Shown: one piece after another, positions 1-12,300 of the stretch
Numbering within the stretch: position 1 is the stretch's first letter
Layout of the letters: each line of letters starts with the position of its first letter
Assembly: GCF_964355755.1 (NCBI RefSeq)
Contig: NC_092670.1
Coordinates: forward strand, 35,204,388 to 35,268,387
Length of the DNA stretch: 64,000 nucleotides
Source of the DNA: Antedon mediterranea
Lineage: Eukaryota; Animalia; Echinodermata
Direction of reading: 5' to 3'
Notes under the pieces: generated by a model
Databases searched by the model: none
What the model was told of the DNA's origin: nothing
What the model saw: the letters and a program-made list of their open reading frames with translations, nothing else
Program-made: the position numbers and the translations under genes

Positions 1-308
1 AAATGAAGGAAGCTATCGGTACAATGAACTGTGCATGTAACTAGTCTATAGGCACAGTTGACCATGCATGTAAATGAGTCTCTTATATCGTCACAGTTGA
101 CTGTGCTTATAGTCAATAATGTGGTAGCTGTTTTCTACCATTCTGCCTTGTTGTCAATGTTGACCATACTGATAAAAAATAATAAATTACATGCATGGTT
201 GACCATGCTGATAATAGCCACTTCCAAAAACCAAAAATAAGGCCTTTATTCCACCCAGTTTCAATTTTTCATATTTTAACCACCAGTTGTGTTTTATTTG
301 AATTCTAG

Positions 309-3300
309 AGTGATGCTGAGCACGACTGGTATTGTATTGAGTGCCACAAGGCCGGGGAAGTGGTGTGCTGCACCAGTTGTCATAGGGTATGTCACATTGA
401 GTGTATAGCCGAGGAAGATCAGGGCAAGCAAGAATGGACTTGTTTGGTGTGTCAAGTAAGTTTACAGTAATAATATTGATAATTTCAAACTAACTGTATT
501 GAGTATAAAGCGTCGTTCGCACCTGCTCCGTCTTCGGCAAATAAAGTCAAACTTCAATGGTCTGTTTCACGACGCTCCAATGTGTCAATCGATATGATAG
601 TAGCCGTGTGGTATATAGGACATCCTCTGTTGCTCTCTAAATTTTACCAATTATTTTACTCAGTTTTTTATAGCTTGATTCGTTCGCTAACATTTTTTTT
701 TTCTAATTTGATTTATCAGCATGTAATATTTAATGTATAAGTGTGTTATTAAAAATCAGTGTAGCTGTACAGTAAATGATTTATTTGTTTATTTGATTCA
801 TTATTCCATGGAGATCTCCATGATTATACTAACTATTGTTATTACCATGATTATTTAAATATTCTTAGTTTTTATGATCACTATTTGGATAATACTAACT
901 ACCAGCCACGATCAATTAGCGAGTTCATGACCTATGCGACCTGATTGAGAAATTGGTCACAACAATCAATTGCTGCTCTAACATAGCCTAATGAATAAAG
1001 GAGGACAGATTAAAATATATGTATCAAAGGTGCAGATTTTGGTCATGCTGTTTAGGATTAGATAGATTTTGGGTTTGTGCAAAGAATAGTATATATTTTG
1101 AAAAACAATCTTTCTCTTGATTTTTGCAGGGAGGAACAAAATGTAAGCTGGGATTGACTACAACGGAAATTAGAGAAATTATATCACATGTATTGGCAAG
1201 GATGAAAGAAAAGGTAGTAATTAAGTTAAATATTTCATTTCTTTACATTTGCCATAAAAAAAAATTACAAAAATACATAATCTGAGAAGGTGAGGAATGT
1301 TTAAGATCAAACTTGGACCCTCAAGCCGGTCCCTTTGTTTTCTGCGTAGGAACCTGATAGCTTGTCAGATCCAAAAGCTCATTGTTTGTCTGCAAAACAT
1401 TGGCCTAAAAGACAATCTAGGCTAAGTTTACGGCTTTTGTTCTCAGCGGGTGAAGTCAATTATTGCAGGCAATGATTGTACACTGCATGATACTGGGGAG
1501 GTCTTTAGTTTGCCCTGCATCATCAAAACTATTTATTATTAGTTATTATGCGAGTTAGTGGCCAAGCAGGTTAATACAGTGGAAGCGTAATTGTGTAGCC
1601 ATAACATCAGCTACAGTTTGAGGCTCACTCGCTCCATGGTTCTGGTGGTAAAACAAGTCTTCTCGGATAAGGACTATAAACCGTAGGTCCAGTGTACAAA
1701 TCTAGCTCATGTGCACTTTAAAGAACCTAGTACATCTTTTAAGACGAGTAAGGATTACCCCGGTGTACTAATACACATACAGCCACTGATCATAACTGGG
1801 CCCTCTGGGAGACCAGTCTTTGACTGTATTGGTTACCCAGTTACTATAAATAAAATAAAAAATAACAAATATGTTACAGTAGGCATTATAGGCCACAGCA
1901 CTCACTTGCACTTCTGAATTTTTAGTTGTGTTATTGACTCTAGGTCAATCTACTACAATTCAATCAAATTGAAATTGTCATGTGAACTTAAATTTGGTAC
2001 ACAGTTGGCTTTTAGTTGAATATCAGTTATTAAGGCGCAAACAAACAACACGATTCCATAGATCCCCTCCGTCCTGAAAAATACAAAAATATTGGAAGAT
2101 TGAAATTCCCGAAAGCCTGGGAGTTGAATTTTGAATTTTTTAATGGAGACTTCCATGTGATCCATCAAGAGAATTTCATTTCCTGAGACTAGCACAATTC
2201 ACCACAGTTAGTAAAATAATTTGCTATTGTTTGTCTTTTATTCCTAACTTTAAATTTCATGAATAATATTACATCAGTAATATTTCATAATTATTTGAAT
2301 ATTTAACTGGGGTTAAATAACCAATTTAATCTACATATATTTTCTTTGTTCATTAATTACAGTATTTATGAAAGAAATATTTTAAATCTGTGGGTATCAG
2401 TGGCTGGATGTCAATGGAGATACAACATAAAATAAGCAAAAAGTTAAATCAAAACGATAAAGTAAAACAGCCAGAACAGTTAGCAGAGCTAGCCCAGCGG
2501 CCCTAGCCCCCCCCCCCCTTTTGTAATATATATATATATTATGCACCCATTTACATACGATTTTATCAACGATTTTACAGGAAAAGGGGGTACAAATCAA
2601 CATTAAAAATTGTTAAAATCTTCAAATTTTTTTTAAAGTTGAACCATGGCGGTATATATATTGACCAATCAAATAGTTCATAAATTACATCATCATTGTT
2701 TGTGAAAAAATACGTACGCGCTGACAATTCTTGATTTTTTACAACGCGACGATGTTTTTTGTACTCTTTTAAAGACTGATATTTCAAAATAACAAGTGTA
2801 ATTAAAACTAAATTTTAATATAAAAACAATTTAATTTAATGTTTGTCTTTAGTGTAATGAAGATATCAGCAAAAACATGTCCTAGCCCGCCGGGGTTGAA
2901 GCATCAAAACCCGTAACTTTTTCAATTTTAAACAATCGACTGGCCAAAACGCCTCAGATGCTATCTCCGGGCGTCTAGAAAAAAAAAATTCCGGCTGAGC
3001 ATGCCCCCGGACCCCACTAGACGATTATTTTTCCCATATCGGCCCCCTCTTTATCAAAATCCTAGATCCGCCCCTGTAGCCCTTCATCATCAGTGCAAGT
3101 GAAAGAAATATTTTATAAATTTTGTTTACTATATATTTGTGTTGATATGTTTTTGGTATTAAATTAGAGTGATACAGATATTAAATTCTTATAGTAGAAT
3201 GTTGTATGCACTGACAGTAGTAGCACCCCTATATTAACAAGACATTTTGCTACAATGAAACAAATAAAAAATAAGGCGCGCAATATACTTATGTTTCAAC

Positions 3301-6300
3301 AATACGGCCAACCCCTAGGAAATACCCCCAATATTAAAGGGATACTTGTTTGGGTCCTCAAAGTGTCCCCTTAACAGGGATTCTACTGGACTGTTAATGA
3401 TTCTGTATTTTATATTTGAAGTTGTAATAATTATGTATTTATTGTAAGCTTATGTAATCCATCTCCTTTTTTAAATTACCCCAGGCAAATTTAATTGAAA
3501 TTTTGTTAAAAAAATTGTTATTATTAGCAGTTGATCCAACTTTAATTCTGTTGTTTATTTGAAAAATGAATTATCATTTTGCAAAATATTTTTCAAAAGC
3601 AGATACTGTATAGTTTGACCTTTTGACCTGATTGGACAGTATAAATAAAATTGTGCTTTGTGTCACTAAATGTAATATTTATTAATAATTATGCAATATA
3701 ATAAATGTAATATTACTTTATAAAGCTCTGTCTACACTATCAAACTTTAGATGACAAAGAAATGTGATGTGCCCAAATATTGACATGATGATGTCATTTC
3801 ACTACCATATTTGGGCATATCATCACCATATTTGGGAATATCACACTTTTGTTTGATAGTCCTAATAATTATTAATCCTAATAATCCTATATCTGTATTG
3901 TTATAATTTAATGTTTAATTATATATTTTTCAATTATGTTTTAGATAGAGTAGTACAAAATAACACATGTTTTATTTGTTCATTTACTTATTCCTTTGAA
4001 TTATTTATAGGCTGCAAGGGAACTGCAGAGAAAATTGAATTTAGATGATATGCCAAATTATTATAATTTGGTTTATAAACATATGGACTTCAATATAATG
4101 ATGCAGGTAGTATATTGATTTTATCTATTGTTCTTTGTTTATTTGTCATTTAGTGTATTCTTCTAGGTTCATACAGAACAACCTATTCAAGCAAAAGTTG
4201 TAATCTCCTGAGAGATTTATTGTTTTTTGCACACACATACAAACATGTGGAACATATAAACATGTGGAACATACTACAGTGTAACGAAATTATTAAGGTC
4301 AGCTGCATTAGTAGGGAGTTTTCGCAGTCTTACGAATACGATAACGAAAACCAATACGTCGCGCACACGTATTTGTAAGCCAGTAAAAATCTGTTTCGCA
4401 TGGCAACAAAATATTGAGGGCCCCGTCCAAAATATGACTGCAGTAAATTTGAGCGAAGCGCGGGTACGTGTTGCTTGGTGCTTGGCTGCCTAGGCCTAGC
4501 GTAACATCAAAACGAGTGAGGACTTTAGAAACTGCTATTTATCAAAATTGACCTGGTACTTTAGTAAATTACTTTAGTAAATTACTTTCAATAAAAGTAT
4601 AATTATATTATAATCATGAATCATTCCTGATTCAAATACAAAATGTGCAAATTAGCTCAAAAACTATACTCGTTTTGTAGTTACGAATATGACTGGTGAT
4701 ATCCCTTACAAAAATTTTCTATAGAATTCTATAAAAAAAAATTTTATAGAAGATCTATAGAATTTTCTATAGATTTTCTATAAAGTTTTTTATAGAAACA
4801 ATCTATAGAAATTCTATGGAAACTCTATGAAATTTCTATAGATATTTCTATAGAAACTCTATGAAAATTCTATGAAAACTCTATGGAAACTCTATAAAAA
4901 TTCTATGAAAACTCTATAAAAATTCTATGGAAACTCTATAAAATTTCTATGGAAACTCTATAAAAATTCTTTGGAAACTCTATATAAATTCTATTGAGAC
5001 TCTATAGAGATTCTATAGAAACTCTGTAAAAATTATAATCTATAGAAACTCTTCGGAAATTCTATGGAGACTCTATAAAGAAATTCTATAGAAACTCTGT
5101 AAAAACTATAATAGGTCTATAGAAACTTTATAGAAATTATATAAATCTCCATAGAAACTCTATAGAAATTATATAGAGCTGTATACACATTCTATAACAT
5201 TTTCTATAGAAACCCAACAACTTTCTATAGAAAATGAGTAGCCAAACAATGTTTATTTTCTATGGGTGGTTGAGATCTTCAGCTTGAAATAAATACAAGT
5301 CCGCTATTAGTATTAGACCTTCTTTCATGCGATAGCAAATCGTTTGTTAGGCATAGGCGAAAAGAGTACTGTAATAAAATCTAAAGTCAATTTTTCATCT
5401 GTTTCAGTGCGTACTGCAATTTATTGAAACATCAATAAAATATTTAGGATACACATATATATATATACACATAAAAATATACTATTATACACTATTAAAT
5501 ATTGTTTTTGCAGTTGAATAACTAGTAGTTGGTTCGATGTCTTTTATATATATTCTGGATTGTTTTGGTTGTACCTTGTGGGAAATAGGGAATATATCAC
5601 TTTAAAAAGATCAAGGTTTTGGGTAAATGAAATAACTAATTAGAATTAAAAATATAAAACTAATAATTACACATCAGCATACACTTTACTGGTCAGTTAT
5701 GAATTGGAGTAATGAATTAACAAGGTGCAACAAAATATACAAAACATAGAAACTATTCAGTATATTCTTCCTGCTGTGGCTCCTTATGTGTTTTGTTCAT
5801 CTATTTTACTTTGTTGGCCAATGACTGTCGCAGCAAAAAATCAGCTTTACAGCAGTATAATCTGGTATAATAATATAATAGTAACGATGGCGAGATCTAT
5901 AAAACAATAGAATAAGAAAGGACAGAATTGTTTATATCATGATATAGGCTGGAAATTTTTTTTTTATTTAGGCAAATATGAAGTAGGTCTTTTCTTTTCA
6001 CAAAACGAATTAAATTCTTAATTACCTAGGCCTAGCTTCTCTAACCAATCCCAAGTCACCATATGTAGGCCTAGTAGTAGTAGGCCTTACTTTGGCTGGC
6101 TTGTTGGCCTGATTCTCATGGATGCCATTCTCATACTACCTAATAGTAGTAGGCCTGTCATAGGCCTACTACTATTAGGCCAAAAAGCATATATTCTTAT
6201 ATTATGTAACTCATATATGGTATGTGTAAGCTAGGTTAATAATAAAATACTAATTAACCAACCTTTGGCTAAGACTGTACATGATTCAAATAAAATTAGA

Positions 6301-9300
6301 GGCTAGCTTGCTCGGCTACACAATTCAAATCCTCCCGCCGATTTTCTTCTTGCAGTTGCACCAAGCTATCCCAGGAGGCACTGCATGCATGGACCAATCC
6401 ATTTATGGCTTGGAATAGTGTTTATAAATAACTTTATTGAACAGACGCTTTTAGAACAGCGGCACACGTTTTATGACGGTGCGTTCATAAGTTTAAAGAA
6501 AAAGAAAAGGAAATGAATTATACAATAGTGAAAAAGTACAACACTTAACTTTTGATGGCGTTATAGGCCTATATAAGTATATTTATTTATTATTATTATT
6601 ATCAACATTATTAATATCTTATTGTTTAAAGAAATTTTATTAGGCCATTATTGAGGATATTATTAAATTTATAATCTTTTATATTATTTATTATTATTTT
6701 ATTATTTATGTTCTTGTTAATACTGTATTATTATGAAAGTTAATCGTGGTTTGTAATTTATTTACAGTGATACTATTTTTTTATTATTTATGTTTGTATT
6801 TTATTAACATTTTTATCTTAGAACAATCAAAAATATATCCTTAAACAATGAAAAATGATAATAATTGATGATATACAGTAAGCAAAAGTTGATATAATTC
6901 AAATACACAGTATTGATAATTAATTCATGTTAATATTACAAATGTCTTCTATAGAATTAAATAAAAATATGTTTATAGAATTTATATCAACTATTCTATA
7001 GAATTTCTATAGAATGATTCTATAAAATCTATTAAAATTCTATAGAGATTTCATAGAGTTTATATAGAAAAGCGTTGTATTGTTTTTCTATATTTTGTCC
7101 AAGTTAATTAGATTTTCAACAGTCTATAAAGAAAAATCATATTCCTTTACATGCAAAATTGTAAAGGTATTATTGTATTTCTATTGGTAAAATCAAAATG
7201 TAACCCCCATTAAACAATAAAAATTATAATAATTGATGATATACAGTAAGCAAAAGTTGATATACTTCAAGTACACAATGATAATTGGTTCATGTTAATA
7301 TCCCTTACAAATTTGTTTTATAGAATCAAATAAATATAATTTTATAGAATTTATATCCAATATTCTATCTATAGAATTCGTTTATAGATTTTCTATAGAA
7401 TGAATGAATACAATCTCTATCAAAATTCTATAGAGATTTCATCAAGTTTCTACAGAAAAGTGTTATATTGTTTTAAAGTTTTAATTTGATTTTCAACAAT
7501 AAACTGGTAAAGAAAAATCCTATTCTTTTACATGCAAAATTGCTTATCATATAATTTTTTGTAAGGGATGAAAAAATGTAAACGGTATTATTGTTTATTG
7601 GCACAATAAAAATGTAATTATCAATCCACTTCATTCCATGATCTTTCAATAATGGTGAAACAATGTATTAATCACATATATAAATTCATAAATAAATTCT
7701 ATAGAAATTCTATAAAATTATAGGTTCTATAGAAAAAAAGAAATATTCTAATTCTATAGACACTAAATAAATTCTATAGAAATTGAAATATGTTTCTATA
7801 GAAACTTTGTACTTCTATAGAATATAGAATTCTATAGAACCTTTTTGTAAGGGATTTGTCAACACGAATACGCTTTACGAATATGAAATAGGGATCAGCT
7901 CAAAAGTTTCACAAATGTGTGACTTATCCGTTATCGTATTCGTAAGGTTGCGAAACCTCCCTAATGTCACCAACGCATGACGACGAGTTGCTGCACAGCA
8001 GAAGATATGGATGATAACAATGATGATGATGATATTGATGAAAATCTTTAGAAAAGTGAACCATAAATCTTCTAATAGTAACACACACTCTAATACTGTA
8101 GTATAGTAACCCCCCTTCTAATTGTAAACCACCTTTAAGTCAATCTATAATAATAATAATAACCCACTAATCTAAAATTACCCCATGGGGTTACTATTAG
8201 AGTCACAAAAACTATTGACAAATGAAAGTAAAATCAACATTTTTAACATGATTTATTCCTTAAAATAGGCATTTTTCACAATGTGATTGTGTTGATGATC
8301 CTTATTTGTATGTAATACAGCTTAGTATGCCTCGGTTGTTATTCCAGGTTCCAATTCATCACAATCAATATTTTTTTGTGCTTTCTGAATGTACTACTGT
8401 ATATGGATTTAGATATTTAAGTTGGTGACCTACTTACTGGTAATTAGCAATATTAATTTAATATTTAATTATTTAATATTATGATATAATTAGTAGTGTA
8501 ATATTAAGTAATTCATTTTATTTGTAATCGCAGAAAATAGAGAATGAAGAGTACCAAACATTGGAAGAATTTCAAGGCGATGCTGAGATAGTTCTTCACG
8601 TGGCTGCAGTATATCATGGCGTTGATAGTGACAAAGCTGAACTATGTAGAATTGTACTGGAAGACTGTAAATATGATGTAAGTAATGTAATAAAGCTCTG
8701 TCCACACTAATTAATTAATGTGATGTGCCCATATATGACCATAATGATGTCATATCAATACCATATTTGGGAATATCACTACCATATTTTGGCATATCAC
8801 TACCATATTTGGAGATAGTTCTTCACGTATGTGTGGTATATCATGGTGTTGATAGTGACAAATCTGAACTCTGTAGAATTGTACTGGATTAATTAATGTG
8901 ATGTGCCCATATATGGACATGATGATGTCATATCACTACCATATTTGGGCATTTCACCACCATATTTGGGCACTTTTTTGGTCAAACTAGTTTGATAGTG
9001 TAGACAGAGCTTTAAAGAATATTTGCCATTGCATTATAACTATATTGTTAAACTTGTATTAATCTATGCACTGTTCAATACAGTAAAATTTGTTACAGTC
9101 AAAAATTGGTGTAGCAGAAATAGATAGACCACTAACCGTTTTGTTTAGTAAATGATTTTATTTAAGTTTTCATTTCATCTATTTAGTTTTATATTTTGGA
9201 AAATAAATTCAGTCTCTTAATTGTATTTATATTTTAAAATTAGAATTTATATTTAATATCTGTGGTTGACATGCTTGCTTTCCAATCCCAGGGTGCTTGG

Positions 9301-12300
9301 TTCAAATGTGGTTCAAATGTAGTTCAATAGTAGTGGAGCTGTAGCTTGGTGGTTAACATGATCGCCTTCTAATCCCAAGGTCCAGAGTTCAATCCTGATA
9401 CAACTCCACTCCCTAAGCCTCAAATGGGATTTGTTTTATAAGCATTATAAATTATAGAATAGTTTCTGTATTTGGCGAGTTATGAGCTGTTAGAAAATAA
9501 AAATAAATAAAAGAAGAAATCCTGTTATAAAAGATTCCCAATACAATAATTTAAACATGGCCCACAATATTTAGTTTACCAGAAAAGGTTGATTTTACAA
9601 ATGCATGTTAAATTAGAAGATTTTGCGCTTAAGCGTGGTTCCCACTAGAGACGTAACATAACCGACGCAATGTAAGAAAATGCCCTTCCAATAATTGTGT
9701 CTGCATGAAATAAAACCTGCTTGTTGTGCATCAACGTTAGCCTGCTGTACTATGTTTTCCAGTGTTTATTTGCCTTGCGTTTGTTGCGTGAAATCAAACT
9801 GATTTGATTTCCCATAACGATGTTTGCAGCACTGTTGCGCCGTCAGTTCGCACTTGTGATTATGCAATACAGCACTTTGCATCGATACGTCGCTGCGTTG
9901 CGTTGCGTTCTTGTGGCAACCAAGCTTTATGTGTCATTTTTATAAATTGCATTTATTTTATTTGTTTATGAAACTCCTGATTTATTTAGCTTGATGAGGT
10001 ACGCATTTGTAAAGACTGCTATGAATCGTCCAATTCAAGGAAAGATAACATGTGGTTTTGCCGTCCATGTGTAAGTATAGAATTTATTAGTGTCAATTAC
10101 TATCATCCATGCTGTAGGTTGTTCAAGGCAATCCACCAAAGGACACTAAGCTCACCTTGCCAAGATAGGAACTCATAATAGTCCCTTGATCTTATGTCTG
10201 GCTGCGACAAATACCAATTGTTCTGTACTATGTACATGTTCTCCACGGCATGGTGTCTGTTTAGGGGGGTGGAACTGATCGTGTCGCAGCGCTCAGCATC
10301 CTGTTAGATTGCATGGGTTATTCTACATTGGCCTATCTTAACTAGCCAACAGGCAAATTCCATATAGGCCTACTACTAGAGACCTAGTTCGGAATCAGTC
10401 CAACACCAGAAAATATTGTGAATGTTGAGCGTGTTTTCATATTGATTATCATGTGTCAAACAAGGTCATTCATGCTCACTGTTGATTGGTCAAAAGAAAC
10501 AAAATTGTACTATTTCAGGAAAAAAATGGCTTCTTGATCCATTGCTCCGAATTTGGAGTCCAAATCATGTACGGATTAAAATCGTACAATTTTTGTGTGA
10601 ACTATACTATGCCTCCTCTGGTGCGATGTGAAAGCAGCTTAAAACAACATTTTTTCAGTAGCCCAAATCCTCCCCACCACCTGTCAGCTCAACCCCCTTT
10701 GTCCAAAATGCCTCTAATTATCTCAGGTGTGTTGGCATTCAATACATAAATAAAGAATAAATGAATTCAAAATGTACTGCAAAAGTAGAGCCTACTAACT
10801 AGCATGTGCAAACAAAACAAATTTCACAAAGCAAGAATTTCCCTGAGGTTCACAAAGTTCCAAATACTTTTGTACCATTAAAAATACATTCATATTTTCT
10901 GAAAAACCAGACATAGACCAGCCCAAGGGTGTCTGGTAATTGGGAGAGTTGAATGTTACAATAAAACTCTTATTGGCATGTTTTATTAACTTTTGTTTCT
11001 ATCAATAGAGTCCAGTTCACGATGCTGTATGGGCTCAGCTTAAGGGATTTGGCTACTGGCCAGCTAAAGTACTAAGGAAGCAGGCTGGACAAGTTGATGT
11101 CCGATTCTTTGGTAGTCGCCATCAACGGTATAGTTTTGATTAATCTTTATATTTAAATGATACAAAGACAATGTTTTTAGAAAAAAAAGTATAGTATAGC
11201 AAACAATGGTCAAATGGGTTTTTAGTTGAATTTTACCATTAATTTTGTCATTTTATAAAAAGTAAAAACATTATTTTTTTTCTACGAAAGTGACTTTATT
11301 AAAACTACAAAAAATGACGTATTCAAATTCTGATTTATATAAAATTTATTTTTCATGTTTTTGGGGGACAAAACATCTTTAAAGGTTGATATGGTTTGTA
11401 GTAGATATTTGTAGACATTTTTTGGGTGATCTGAAAAAACCCATTGCCAATCTAACTGTACACAAAAGCCTTCATAATAATTATTTAGTATGGAGTATTA
11501 TTTATGAGTGTAGAGCAGGCTGTGCAGTCAGTTTAGCATAACTGTTTTTTCTCTGGAGAAAATATCCTATTGCCAATCCAAACATTCAGATATCTGAATT
11601 TAATTTATTTGTAAACTTTTTGTTATAATAAACCATTGAAATGCCTTTATAAAGCTTTGTCTACACTATCAAACTTTATGTGACAAAAAAATGTACATGG
11701 ACATGATGATGTCATATCACTACCATATTTTAGCAAATCACTTCCATATTTGGGAACTTCACATTTTTTTGTTAAGCTAGTTTAGACAGAGCTTTACAAT
11801 GACTTATACCGTTTGTATAGATAATTTCAGAAGTTTTAGCATCATTTTGTGTGATCAGAAAATGACCCTATTGTCATTCTCAACTGTACTTGTTTCTTTT
11901 AGTGCCTGGATATCTGAAATTAACATTAAACCCATAAGTGTAGACATAAAAACTATCAACGTTAAAATGACCTCATCTTGGAAAAATGCCAAAAAGGAGA
12001 TGGAACTGTACATGAAGAATTGTGGACTGAAGAAACCACGGAAACGACCTCGGGAATCTTGTGACAATGACATTTTACCATCCATTTCAAACTCCAATAA
12101 CATTCCAAATGCTGACCAGGTGAGTTTGTACAATTATCAATAGACTCACTGCAGGTGTGCAATATATTATCATGATCAATACTACAGTAGCATAGATTTC
12201 CATATTTTAAATCTCATTATATGGCATTAATTGGAATCTATGGGATAGTTAATACAAACAAAATACAGTCGATTCTCAGTACTGAAAAAACCACAAAAGC

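Noticed and set aside
9255-9420. tRNA-like sequences (ggagctgtagcttggtggttaa...gagttcaatcc)
   Set aside because: No complete cloverleaf or acceptor stem, and followed by an A-rich tail. These are SINE heads, not tRNA genes.
10325-10375. GGCCTAT...ATAGGCC pairing as a possible HDV-like ribozyme P1
   Set aside because: No L3 consensus and no P1.1 GG after the stem. taggccta-type palindromes are common throughout this window.
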